From Octopus vulgaris (lineage: Eukaryota): DNA of 64,000 nt. Location of the stretch: the NCBI GenBank assembly GCA_951406725.2, contig OX597815.1:82274001-82338000 (forward strand). The letters run 5' to 3'. Numbering within the stretch: position 1 is the stretch's first letter; each line of letters starts with the position of its first letter. Positions 1 to 13,284 of the stretch are shown piece after piece. Both the position numbers and the translations under genes were made by a program. Below the pieces are notes generated by a model. The model made no database searches. It was not told the origin of the DNA and saw only the letters and a program-made list of their open reading frames with translations.

Positions 1-791
1 GATAAGAGAGAAGCCAATAGAATGGGTATGTTGCTATGGAAAGAATCAAACGACATGAAACAATGTATGATTATGGTGGAGAATACAGACGAAGGAAAAC
101 AAAGGCGAAAGAAAGAAAGTATTGATTAGTCTTACAATTAAGGAACTTCGGGTGTTATGGATGATAGGTGGAAGTATGCGATGTAGGAACGATAAAGGGT
201 AGGTAATTTTGTACTGGGTGCGTATTATGCACACTTATATATGCATATGAATAAATACAAACATGCATATATGCATATATATATATATATAGGATTATAT
301 ATACGTATGTATACATTCTTATACACATATATCTATGATTACATACATAAATACATATACTCACGCACATACATACAAATACGTATATGAATGTATGTGT
401 GAGGGCATGATTGTGTGTGTGTGTGTGTGATGTGAACGAGAATTGGAGACACACAACGGTAATAATATGGTATTTAGAGAGTGAAATAAAAAAAAAATAA
501 TAAAAGCCTTTAGAATTCATAAATACAAGATGTTAAAGCGATACACCGCATACTTGTGTACACGAGGCTGTCAGCACATTTGTCTGTATACGTTGCAGCG
601 AGGTCTTGGCAGGCTGGTTGCACGATGCAGAGAACATAGAAGTAAGGTGAAGGGCTGCGATAGGGAAAGAGCTGATGTCGTTTCATAACGATTCTGTTAA
701 TTGCAGCGGCGTTTTTGTTGTTGTCGCTTGTATTATTATTATTATTAGCATTTCTTGTACTGACGTTACTTCTCTAGTATATTGTTGTGGT

Positions 792-806
792 TATCATCAT
801 CAACAC

Positions 807-850
<44 letters not shown>

Positions 851-929
851 CCACCATCATCATCATCATCATCATCATCATCACCACCACCACCACCATC
901 ATCATCATCAGCAGCAGCAGCAGCACCAC

Positions 930-976
<47 letters not shown>

Positions 977-1056
977 CCACCACCACCACCACCACCACCA
1001 CCACCACCACCACCACCACCACCACCACCACCACCACCACCACCACCACCACCACC

Positions 1057-1121
<65 letters not shown>

Positions 1122-1127
1122 CATCAC

Positions 1128-1158
<31 letters not shown>

Positions 1159-1203
1159 GTTGTTGTTGTTGCTGTTGTTGTTGTTGTTGTTGTTGTTACT
1201 GTT
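792..1203. repeat. Compound trinucleotide microsatellite (CAT/CAC/CAG/TAT/TGT)
   Basis: In-register tracts seen directly; they explain the poly-H/S/P/T ORFs in several frames. Confidence 0.97.
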
Positions 1204-1393
1204 ATTGATATTTTGTAACGAGACTCCGCAAAGTCCTTATCGCAATCTATTACAGCGCGTAGATATATTGATGAGATGGACATTATATTAGTATGTAGCC
1301 GTCTGTGCGAATGAGTGTTTTGTACGTGCTCAAACATGTGCGTGTGCTCTGTATGTATGTATGTGTGTGTGTGTGTGTGTGTGTATGTGTGTG

Positions 1394-1443
<50 letters not shown>

Positions 1444-1984
1444 CATGCGTGCGTGTGTCTGAAGGTATGTGCGTATGAAAGTGTGGTTGGTGCCGATGGA
1501 TGTCAAGATATCAAATCTGAAGAAATATCACGAAGAAAATGATTAAATGTAAGACGAGGCGATTCAAAGAATAACTGTTATTTAAAAATCTTTCATATTG
1601 CCATCTTCAGAATCAATCTCATTTTACAGAGCTGACGAAGCATTATTTGCTGGGGTTTTTTTTCCTTGTTATATGTTGCTTTATTAACATTTGCTTCTTA
1701 CTGTTAGCATTCTATTGCGTTGATCGTTTTCTCTTATACATCTGGTTTTTACTGTTCGCAACCATTTCGTAAGAAGAACTTCCCTATGAATTTTCGTTGA
1801 ACGAAGATGGAATAGAGAATTATTGCAGGAATATAACAATCATTCAGAAATTTGTATGACCTGCTTTGTGGTGTTAATTCTTCGTTAAATCCAGTTTATT
1901 GTTCAATATAAGTCACTAATAGCATTGAGACACTCACTCACTTTCTCAGCCCAAACCCATATATACAAGCCTACAGGAGAGTTT

Positions 1985-2205
1985 CTTCATAGTCGCTTGA
2001 TCTGCTAGAAATAACAGCTAAAAGCTCTCATACGTTTTCCCCACGCAATCTTAGAAAATTACACTTTGAATCTAATGTTTAATAAGTGTTATGTTGGATA
2101 AGGTGCTGAATTGCCTGCCTGTAAAAAAATGACGGGATCGCCCAGGCCGGAGCGTCTTTGATTACAGGAGTGCTCAGGCAGGACTCAGCTGGAGCTGACC
2201 AACAA
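1985..2205 (+). repeat. Old dispersed repeat (family E), unclassified
   Basis: The motif gcttgaNcTGCTAGAAataacagc and the downstream ctttgatcatagg...gctgacct motif recur near 43155, 44430, 55500, 56250 and 58430, and on the - strand near 60290-60450 and 62240-62420. Confidence 0.5.
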
Positions 2206-3371
2206 TCTCAGTTCTCATACGAACCAGTGACATTCTGTTTCTCTAAGAAATCAGTTATGCACAATTTGACTCGTTAAGAACAAGTTATGCTTCAAAGGAA
2301 GAAAAATATGAGGTAGTGACATTTATGCGTTTTCCAAGGGAATTAATAGTAGAAGTATCATGAACTGGGTTCATACGTGAATTAATTAATCCAGAATTTC
2401 TGTCTTGCTCTTCAGGTTCCTCAACGAAGAAGCCCCTATGTGCTATTCATTCAAATTGAATGAATAACAAACCAATCTTCCTCGAATCACACCAAAATCC
2501 CTTTAAAAACAAAAAGGACACATCAAATCACACAATCCTAGTTATTATGTTTCAGAAAAAAAAAACCGAACGAAATTAAACAAAATAAGAAAAACCAGAA
2601 ACAAAAAGGAAAGGCGGCTAGTTACAGATTTTTAATTACGATGATGGCTAGCTAGATGATATAACTGACATTTTATGCAAGATATTGATTTCTGGTTTAA
2701 AACATTGTACATAGAACGAAAAGAAAATTAGTTTAATAGCTTTTCATTTATATCTGAAAATGCATTGTAGAGTTTTGTAAGCCATGTCTCTAAGCGGCGT
2801 TCACCGATTTCGTTAGCCACGAATACTCATTGAGAAGATATGAATATCAAATCGAACTCTTGGATTTGATAACAAAACAATAGGTTCGTTGAACAACAGA
2901 CACTGATACAGCTGTAATGGTAAGCTGCACATTTTGAAACTAGAAGGTTTTGAGATCGTTCTTAAATGTAATAAGAGTCTTCCACAGAACCTTCTTTTGG
3001 TGTTAAAGAATTCGAGAACCACATGTCAGCTTACATTCGAAGCGTGCAACTAAATGTATGGAGGATCTGAAACCTCCATAATCAAGAAAAGAGTAAATAA
3101 ACTACATTAAAATAAAGAGAATTATACTGAATCTTTCCAAGTTACTACTGCGTTTAAGTTTCGAATTAGCTTCCAGTGTTATTTGAAACCAATTTACTTT
3201 TTTTGTGGAACTAAAGCACCACAATAAACCTGTGACCCGATGACTCCGTGCATAAGAAATAAATACTTTCTACACATTCATATATATACGCGCGCACATA
3301 TACATGCATACACACATATACATGCATAAATACACATCTGATGTTGCTAAGAAACCAAACTTCACTTTCCA

Positions 3372-3597
3372 GACAACTTTTGACAGATATTTGTCCTCAT
3401 CTTGTTGCTAACACAAACGTTTCGGATGATATACCCTCCTTGGGGGAATTTCGAATCTGGGTTCTCATTCCTAAGGTATATTTCAGTGTAGTTGAAATAA
3501 TAATAATTATTATTATTACTACTATTCAGGTCACTGCCTGGAATCGAACTCGGAATCTTGGCGTTAGTAGCCCGTGCTCTTAACCACTACGCCATAT
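3372..3597 (-). mobile_element. tRNA-headed SINE-like element with a (TAA)n linker and a hammerhead-like 3' half
   Basis: The minus strand has an A box TGGCGTAGTGG (3594-3584), a B box GAGTTCGATTCC (3551-3540), a (TAA)n tract, then ...tcatcCGAAACGTTtgtgtt. Confidence 0.7.
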
Positions 3598-3666
3598 TTA
3601 AGCTGTTATTAAAAAATATATATATATTATTTTATATATTATGTATGTATATATAATTTAAGGTTT

Positions 3667-3755
<89 letters not shown>

Positions 3756-4068
3756 GTATATATATATATAATTTAATAACAGCTTCATTAAAGCTGTCTG
3801 GAAAGTGGAGTTTAGTTTGTTAGCAACATAAGATCGTTTGTGTGTATGCATGTATATATATGTGTATGTGTCTGTGTGTGTGTGTGCGCGCGTGCGTGCT
3901 TGTATATGTGTATGCATATGTAGTAGGTATGCAAATGTTTTATCTATATATTTATGTAAATATATAGGAGATAAAATCGTCAGGCAAAATTTGAAATGTT
4001 AGTTAAAACGAATTTTATGATAAATTTGTCTGAACTTCAAGTATTGAATCCTCCTATCGCTAAACGTC

Positions 4069-4102
<34 letters not shown>

Positions 4103-4252
4103 GATCATGTCAATGAAAAGCATTAGCGTTTGTATGTAAATGTGAACATGCACATACAACCATTCACCTTCTCTCTCTCTCACACACATATATGTGTACA
4201 TAAATGCATATACACTCTAGGGCAAAAAAATCAGGTTAATTTTTTTAACATA

Positions 4253-4656
4253 CTCTCTACTCTTTACTCTTTTACTTGTTTCAGTCATTTGACTGCGGCC
4301 ATGCTGGAGCACCACCTTTTAGTCGAGCAAATCGACCCCGGGGCTTATTCTTTGTAAGCCCAGTACTTATTCTATCGGTCTCTTTTGCCGAACCGCTAAG
4401 TGACGGGGATGTAAACACACCAGCATCGGTTGTCAAGCAATGCTAGGGGGACAAACACAGACACACAAACACACACATATATATACATATATACGACAGG
4501 CTTCTTTCAGTTTCCGTCTACCAAATCCACTCACAAGGCATTGGTCGGCATGGGGCTATAGCAGAAGACACTTGCCCAAGATACCACGCAGTGGGACTGA
4601 ACACGGAACCATGTGGTTGGTTAGCAAGCTACTTACCACACAGCCACTCCTGCGCC
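4253..4656 (-). mobile_element. tRNA-derived SINE family A, full length
   Basis: Head GGCGCAGGAGTGGCTGTGTGGTAAG (A box) with a GTTCAGTCCC B-box-like motif, an internal CA/TA microsatellite and a tail CCAGCATGGCCGCAGTCAAATGACTGAAAC plus short repeats. Homologous to 13438 and 60653. Confidence 0.9.
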
Positions 4657-5188
4657 TATATCTTGAATTTTTGTAATATATAGACTTTGTTGTATTAGAT
4701 ATTGAATGACGATGAATCAACTTCGTTAGTGAATGAATTTCTCCTTCAATAATCAATATTACACTCTGTACTCGCTTAATGATTATTTTAAAACATATGG
4801 ATATTGCGTAATGGCAGCTGGTCATTAGTATCCCAGCGAAATCATGAAATATATTCTTATCTATGAAAAATGCACAAGAAACAAACGAGCAGGCATAAAC
4901 AACTCTGTACATAAATATGGAATGATATATTCCTGAGATTCCTCTGCGTCACCCATTCTTTGTGGGAAATCATGAAGCGTTTTTGCACCAAGAGAAGTCA
5001 AGATCGTCTGATTTTGTATTTCAACTGTCAAGTTGATCAGAATAAGCAAATTTTCGTTTGGGTCTAATATATGGCAACGTACGGCAAACTCCATTCTATT
5101 ACGGTTCAGATATGGACTCTGACCCGAACAGAATATCATTTTCAAACAGCTTTTCTTTTCAAAACAATTGTTACGTACATTGTTACGT

Positions 5189-5219
<31 letters not shown>

Positions 5220-5245
5220 CAGACACAGACACAGACACAGACACA

Positions 5246-5281
<36 letters not shown>

Positions 5282-5569
5282 TTTAGCGTATCTCTTGCAC
5301 TCTTCCTCCCAAGTTTCACTTATTCTTTTACACTCACCCTCTCACACTTTCTCTCCATGTTTCTCTGGTCTATTCCGACTCTTATTTCTTAGTCATAATT
5401 TTTTTCACAAACTCTCACTCGTGTCTTTTACTTCTTAGCTTTCTTTTTTACTCTCTTTCTCTCTTCATCCTTTACTTTTACGCCTCTTCCGTTTGTCTTT
5501 TCCGTGTCTAAATATTATACGATCTCACGTCCTTTTTGTTTCCCGTTCTCTCTATCGCCCCCATCTACC

Positions 5570-5620
<51 letters not shown>

Positions 5621-6235
5621 ACACTACCTGTTGCTTGTCATGCTCTTCTCATCATTCTATCAGTCCTTCTGTTTTTGTGACTGTAATACCCCAAATATTT
5701 TCTTTGTCCTTTTTCTGTTATCGCGTTTTCCATTCCCTTCTTTTCTCTACGCCTCTTCTCGTTCTTGTTTACTTTCGCATACAACAAACACACCTTAATC
5801 TGCCTCCTTTCTTCAGTGTACATAAGTGATGCGTGAGTGAATGTGTGCATATGTGTGTGTATGTGTGAATGTGTGTGTATACATGTGGTGTGTGAGTGTG
5901 ATGTTTATACAATCATGTGAGCACCGCACTGCTCCATTGGTAGGTTTATTTTATTCCCTTAATATTTTTGATTATCTTGAGCTTATTTCTTCTCCAGTTT
6001 ATCTTTCTTCATACCTTCGTCTGTCTTCCTCTCTTTTTATCAGTGTGTTCACACTCTGTATGGATATGTGTGTATATATATATATGCATAAACACATATA
6101 TACACACAACTTTATATCCATATACAGTACAGTACTCTTTACTTTTACAGTTAAATGCGCGACTCATACTCGCGAGTTTTAGACCCTTATTGAGTATTAT
6201 CATGTAGTCTGCTTCTAGTTTTGTGGTGTGTTAAA

Positions 6236-6562
6236 GGTAAAGAGTTGGTCATGAATGACCAAGGGATTGCTTCTAGAAAGTTACATTCCGAGGCAGAAGT
6301 CCGAACAAAGCTGTTTATAGAAGATCAGCAGTCGTCCATGCATACCAGCCTCCCTTCTCCACACCACCGATATAATCCAAGGGAACGTCAAAGGCCGATA
6401 CAGCTTAGCAGCTGTGACGTCGCAATTCATTTCTACAGCTGAATGAACTGGAGCAAAGTAAAATAAAGTGTCTTGCTCAAGAACACAACGCATTGCACAG
6501 TCCGGGACTCGAACTCACGACCTCCTGATTGCGAGCCCGACGCTCTAACCACTGATCCATGT
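6236..6562 (-). mobile_element. tRNA-derived SINE family D
   Basis: The minus strand reads GGATCAGTGGTTAGAGCGTCGGGCTCGCAATC...GAGTTCGAGTCCC (A/B boxes), then a TTGAGCAAGACACTT central domain. A related fragment lies near 22880-22975. Confidence 0.8.
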
Positions 6563-7860
6563 ACATTATGACTGCACTTATTGCTGGTTTTGATATGCAG
6601 AGCGAATGTAGGATAAATTATGATTAGCGTACATTTGTGTGATTTATTTCTTACGTATGTTTCACAATTGGATGCTGAACCACACCTCTTATAAATTCAG
6701 TTCATATATTGATTTGAAATTCTGGCCCAAAATCACACAAGTTCAAGGGTAAATATATATTTACCCCTGAATATATAAGTTAAAGTTTTTAAAGAACTTA
6801 TGTAGTTTTAAGGAATTGTTTCAAGGTTGGCAGTTAAGGAGTTTCTTGCTAGTTGGGAATTTTGTTGTTAGTAGTCGACTATAGCACTTCAAGGCAGCTC
6901 CGCATTATTCAATGAGTGAAATAAAGAAAAAGAATAAAAGAATAAAAAATGCATGTGTAAAGGATTGTGAGCCTTCAATAAATTGTATAGAATAGAACTT
7001 CACAGTTAAATAATGAATGCCTCTTACAGACATAACTCAGAACTTCATTGGCACGTACTCACGTTTTCAAGGGATTAGCTGTTACGATTTTGTACCACAC
7101 ACACACACACACACACACACGCACGTTCACGTGCACGCACACATGCACGTACACACATGCCCAAACACACAGACAGCCACACCCTCTATCTCTCCCACAC
7201 ACGTATTTGAACAAATTTGGAAGTTAAAACAATGTGCTTTATTAACAATAGAACTGTTTTTATTAAATGCATTGTTTTGACTTCCAAATCTGCTCAAATT
7301 ATGTCACAATGCTTATGCCTGACGCATATAAGCTCTCTATATATGTGCATGCGTTTATTTGTCCATGTGCTTGTGTATGTCTGTATATACGAGCGTTTGT
7401 CATTTCTAATTAGCTGTTCATTGCAGGAGAGAACTTTTGTTCGTATTGTTCTACACCACGCTTTCTCACACCACTCTCTCTCTCTCCCCCACTCCGTCTT
7501 TCTTGCTTATAAAATAACACTTTAAAAAAAATCATTAAAAGCGATACTTTAATTTTATATTTCATACTTAGCGTTTATCTCCTTTACAACTACACACAGT
7601 CAATATTGAGAATTCCGGTTGAAGAAGTTTATGAAAAACTGCTAAATATTTTTCTTTTCATTTTAAAGCTGACAATATTCTTTGACTCATTTGAAAACAG
7701 TTATATTTTACCTTCGGATATTATATTATGCAATGTTTGTATCTCTGCTGAATTAACTTAATTCAAAGACGACTGTCTTAAATTTAATACACTAGTGTTC
7801 GGTGGATGAGGTTTTATTAACCACATACGCGCGTTTAGAGGTCGTTGACACTAATACATT

Positions 7861-9200
7861 GGTTTCAAATTTTGGCACAAGACCAGTTATTTCGAGCTAA
7901 GGCGGCAACCTGGCAGAAACGTTAGCACACCGGGCGTATTTCGTCTGCCGCTACGTTCTGAGTTCAAATTCCGCCGAGGTCGACTTTACCTTTCATCCTT
8001 TCGGGGTCAATTAAATAAATACCAGTTACGCACTGGGGTCGATATTATCGACTTAATCCGTTTGTCTGTTCTTGTTTGTCACCTCTGTGTGTAGCTCCGT
8101 GTGGGCAGTAAAGAAAGAAGAAACGTTAGCACACCGGCCGAAATGCTTAGCGGTATTTCGTTTGTCTTTACGTTCTGAGTTCAAGTTCCGCCAAGGTCGA
8201 CTTTGCATTTCATCATTTCGGGATCGATAAATTAAGTCCCAGTTGCGCACTGGAGTCAATCTAATTGACTGACCCCCTCCCCAAAAATTTCGGGCCTTGT
8301 GCCTATTATAGAAAAGATTATTAAAGGCGACGAGGTGGCAGAAACGTTAGCACAAAGGGCGAAATGCGTAGCCGTATTTCGTCTGTCGTTACGTTGTGAG
8401 TTCAAATTCCGCCGAGGTCGACTTTGCCTTTCATCCTTTCAGGATCGATAAATTAAGTACCAGTTACGCACTGGGGTCGATTTAATCGACTTAATACCTA
8501 TGTCTGTTCTTGTTTGTCCCTTCTATGTTTAGCCCCTTGTGGGTAATAAAGAAATAGGTATTTCGTTTGTCTTTACGTTCTGAGTTCAAGTGCCTAGCGT
8601 AGAAAAAGAATCGTCAGCACGCTGAGTTTAAATTCTGCCGGGGTCAGCTTTGTCTTTTATCTTTTCGGCGTCGATAAAATAAATACCAGTTGAGCACTGA
8701 GGTAGCTATAATTGATTTATCCCCATCCCCAGAATTTCTGGCCTTTTGCTAAAATTTGAAGCCAGTATTACAACCAGCACGAAAGCATAATGCTAAGTGG
8801 CATTTTGTCCACTTTCACGCTCAAAGTTCAAATTCTGTCGAAGGCAGCTTTGTCTCCCATCCTATCGGGGTCAATAAAATGGGTATCAGTGGAACAGTGG
8901 GGGGTCAATGTAATCGACTTAGTCCCTCCACCAAAATTACCGGCCTTGAGCCAAAATTTTAAACCAATATATACACATATATTAGGGCAGCGAGCTGGCT
9001 GGATCGTTAGCACGCTGGGCAAAATGTTTAGTGATATTTTGTCCGTCTTTACATTCTGAGTTCAAATTCCGCCGAGGTCGATTTTGCCTTTCGTCCTATA
9101 GAAAGAAGGTCGATAAAATATGTAGTAGCTCAGTATAGGGGTCGATGTAATCGCCTAAGTGCCCTTCCCCCAAACTGCTGGCCTTGTGCCTAAATTTAAG
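7861..9200 (+). mobile_element. Head-to-tail cluster of about 6-7 SINE family C copies (Nin/Deu-like central domain)
   Basis: Repeated GGCAGAAACGTTAGCAC...GAGTTCAAATTCCGCCGAGGTCGACTTTGCCTTTCATCCTTTCGGGGTCGATAAATTAAGTACCAG units start near 7900, 8120, 8326, 8560, 8610, 8780 and 8985. Confidence 0.88.
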
Positions 9201-9705
9201 AACACTACTACTACTACTACTAATACTACTACTACTGCTGCTGCTATTATTTTACTACCAAGAGATTCACAATCACCATCGTACCATGGAGACTGATACC
9301 ACTACTACCACTAATATCAGAAACAATACCACTTACTCTACCACTGACATCACCAAACTCCTTTTTTGCCAACATACTTTTCAGTCACTCATCACCATCA
9401 CCAACACTAAACTTTTTCCTCCTAAACCACCACTACCACCACCACTAACACTTTTCCTCCTAAACCCACCTTTCCTTCTGTAACCTCCTCCCACACGTAT
9501 ACCAGCAACCCCTCCGGTGAACTATTCAAATACCAAGAGGTGTTGGTATTTTAGCCACTACATAAACAACTCAGAGCCTAAGTGTTTGTTAAATAAACAC
9601 CCGGCTCTCATTGACGTCCCATGTACACACACAATCTAACACATGTCGGGTGCGCGCTCACGCACACACACAATCGCATACACACATGTGTATGTGCATG
9701 CGTGC

Positions 9706-9741
<36 letters not shown>

Positions 9742-9812
9742 ATGTATGTATAAGATAAATACATACATACTTAAATGCACGTATTTATATGGGCTAAGTA
9801 AAAAACTGTACG

Positions 9813-9852
<40 letters not shown>

Positions 9853-9943
9853 TATATGCGTGTATACACACGGGCATACATACACATATGATGTATCTGA
9901 CATGGATAGATACATGTATGCGCGCGCATACATGTGTGTGTAC

Positions 9944-9991
<48 letters not shown>

Positions 9992-10011
9992 CTCTCTCTC
10001 TGTCTCTCTCG

Positions 10012-10066
<55 letters not shown>

Positions 10067-10522
10067 AATATATGCATATGTATACACACACATATACCCA
10101 TACATTTATATATATATATACATAAATACATATAGGTATATACATATATTTATACATAACTGTATGTGTGTGTGTATGAATGTATGTTTCCTCTATATGC
10201 ATCCGAGTTATGCTTAAGTTGTGCTTATATACGTACCTTTTATCCACACGCACGCACACACGCGCGCTTGTACCTATATAATTGTGTACAGATGTACCTC
10301 ATATTAGTATCATTAGAAAAGTGCATATACAGATATACAAATGTATGGATACGTGTAAAGGTACATATTTTACGATCAATATATACATATATATATATAT
10401 ATGCATAATATATACACATATGTAAGGCGGCGACGTGGCAGGGTAGTCTTTATGTTCTGAGTTCAAAGGTCGTGCATCCTTTTGGGTTCAATGAAAGAAT
10501 TACCACTTGAGCCTAGGTTTAT

Positions 10523-10554
<32 letters not shown>

Positions 10555-10557
10555 TAG

Positions 10558-10769
10558 GATGGTGAGCTGGCAGAATCGTTAGAACGCCGGGTAAAATACT
10601 TAGAGGTATTTTCGTCCGCCTTTATGTCTGATGTTCAAATTTAGCCAAGGTCGACTTCGCCTTTCATCCTAACGAAGTCGATAAAATAAGCACCAGTTGT
10701 AACACTGGTCTCGATAAAATCAACTTGCTCCACACGACGAAAGTGCTGGCCTTGTGCCAAAATTCGAAA

Positions 10770-10772
<3 letters not shown>
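10558..10772 (+). mobile_element. SINE family C copy
   Basis: Same head and core as the 7.9-9.2 kb copies; tail CTGGCCTTGTGCCAAAATTCGAAACC. Confidence 0.8.
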
Positions 10773-10813
<41 letters not shown>

Positions 10814-10894
10814 TAATAAATAAAATAAAACATATGCATATATATAAACATATATGTACGTACCTACCTCTACATATACATATACACGCATATA

Positions 10895-11357
10895 TGAGTA
10901 CAGGACACCAAAAGGACGTCGAACACAATGAGAAACGAAAACATAGACACAAACCAAAGGAACTGGACATTTTTTTAAACAATAAAAAAATAGAGTACAG
11001 GACAATTAACACAAAGAAAAAAACCCTTCTTCAGTCGCTATGGTTTCATCTACTCTACGTTTCGAAGGATAAAAGCGAGACGTATCTTCGACAAGAATGT
11101 AAAAAAATACAAACTGGGACAAGAACGCAAAACATTTAGAAGACGATACAAAAAACACGGACGGGACATTCGAAGCCTTCAATCTTCAGTCAAGAACCGG
11201 ATCATCCTCGCAATTTCGGCTGATTAATCTTGAGATTGCTCCGACTTGGCCAGCCCCAAAGGAATATCTGAGCCAAGCGCATTAGATTCCTTGGAAGAAA
11301 GCCTCGAATGTATACAAAACAAGGAGGGGAAAACGGACGATGTTACACGAATAAGAA
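10895..11357 (-). mobile_element. Dispersed repeat resembling a Penelope pseudo-LTR
   Basis: 11113-11355 is the colinear reverse-complement homolog of about 50900-51153 (e.g. GCATTAGATTCCTTGGAAG, GCAATTTCGGCTG). It is flanked by TA/CA microsatellite. Confidence 0.55.
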
Positions 11358-11980
11358 TATATATATATAATATCTATAGTAATTGAACATACTTTGTATT
11401 TATATAAATCAAGCACATAAATACAAGAAGCTTCATGGATATATCTATAAATCTAAGTCATGTATATGTTAATGTATACGTTTGAATTGCAGTATGTATG
11501 TGTGTGTAAGAGAGATAGATAGATAGATAGATAGATAGAGAGATAGAGAGACAGAGAGAGAAAGAGAGAGAGAGAGCGAGAGAGAGAGAGAGAGCGAGAG
11601 AGAGAGAGCGAGAGAGAGAGAGCGAGAGAGAGAGAGCGAGAGAGTATGCGCGCATGTGTGTATATGTGTAGCATTTGTGTACCATGAAACATAAAATACA
11701 CTTACATACAAGCACAGGTGTATTTACATGTGTGTGTGATTTTGTACATTAATATATATATATATATACATAGAGGAGTTAAAGTTATGTACACACACAC
11801 ACAGAACGCAGAACACACACAGACACACACAAGTATATGTGTGTGTTTTAAGGAAAAAATGTGATATATGGGTGTATATTCACTCATGCAAACTCACACA
11901 CACAGATCATCATAGAAAAATATATATGCGTGTGGATGCGTGAAATTTTGTATGTGTGAGTGTGCGTATGCGTGTGTATC

Positions 11981-12013
<33 letters not shown>

Positions 12014-12242
12014 AAACAGTCAGATAGTTATCCCCTTCACACGCATACACACCTCCATTTCGTCCCCCTTGGCTGCGCCAATCCCCTCTTCCCAAGCCCA
12101 CAACAGCTGTTCGCCGTGAGGGGCCTGGCATGGGTTTACTGTCAAGGTTTCAGGGTTCAGTGATTGAAATGTGGGTGAGATATGATGGAAGACGGTTAGA
12201 GGAAGAGACAGATAAACAGAGGATAGATAAATGGTAGTGCCA

Positions 12243-12310
<68 letters not shown>

Positions 12311-12768
12311 AAGAGAGGGGGGAGAGAGAGGGGGGAAGAAGAGCAAGAAAGAGAGGGCAAGAGAAAAGAATGAGAAAGATTAAAGAGGAAGAGAGAGAAA
12401 CTGGAAGAAAGAAGAAGAAAATTTAGGTGAAAGAGAATACTAACGTTTGTTTTGCGTGTGTTGGCGTTTTCCTATGTGTATGTGAATGTATGTATGTAGA
12501 TGTGTGTGTGTGTGTGTGTGCGTGCGCACGCGTGGATGCATCCACTATAGATATGCATATGGCTCAACAGAATCACAATTATAAGTACACCCTAATGAGC
12601 TTACACATTTTATCAGGTCACAGACATGTATACAACTGTACACACACATACACATGGCACGCACGCACACACACACACACACATAAACACACACACATAC
12701 ACGTGGCACGCACGCACACACGCACCCCCACACACACGTACACGTGGCACGCACGCACACACACACAC

Positions 12769-13080
12769 TTTTATTCTCTTATCCGTTTCAGCCCTAAGGT
12801 TGTGACCATGCTGGGGCATCGCTAGTATAGTCACTTTTTCAACGGCCAATCTTGTGACAGGCTTTTAGTGAAGAGGGAAGTTCGACACTGCTGCCCTCTT
12901 TTGAGTTTCCTGCCTTGATATTGGTTCATCTGGCATCTTGGATAGCAGGAGGTCAAGTTGTTTCTTGAAAACATCTACTCCCACTCCATGAAGATCCCTC
13001 TGATGTTTTGGCAAGGCGTTGTATTGCTGTGGGGCCTTGGATCTAAAGTACTTGGTTCTCACTCTAGATGGGGCACACAT
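12769..13080 (-). mobile_element. CR1-like LINE 3' end (ORF2 C-terminus plus 3' UTR)
   Basis: The peptide APQQYNALPKHQRDLHGVGVDVFKKQLDLLLSKMPDEP fits the CR1-group ending GPxLFNxLP...FKxxLDxxLxxxPDxP and is homologous to 15985-16438. Confidence 0.75.
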
Positions 13081-13284
13081 CTTTTACTTGTTTCAGCCAT
13101 TGGGCTTGGCCGCGCTGAGGCTTCACATTGTGCTTATCCACCGGTTTATATAAAGATTTTGTTCAACAAGCAGGTCAGATAGAACTCAAAAATGAGCATA
13201 TACATGATATGTTACCATTCTTATTGGAAGAAGTTTCAAAGTTGCTTAGGGACAGAGAGTTTCGTTCATATATGTCTTTTTTCT

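Noticed and set aside
1-220. Possible decayed Penelope fragment at the window edge
   Set aside because: Motif similarity is too weak and the sequence is truncated.
530-690. Possible minus-strand coding exon (MKRHQLFPYRSPSPYFYVLC...)
   Set aside because: It is short, has a weak donor, and has no recognisable homology or partner exons.
675-1337. Poly-His/Ser/Pro/Thr ORFs
   Set aside because: They are stop-free only because of trinucleotide repeats, are open in several frames on both strands, and have no domain content.
2760-3200. Possible Tc1/mariner transposase C-terminal relic
   Set aside because: The resemblance is only vague, with no clear DDE motif or TIR.
3520-3597. Functional tRNA gene (also the heads of SINEs A-D)
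   Set aside because: A/B boxes are present, but acceptor and anticodon stems do not pair properly and the heads continue into SINE bodies.
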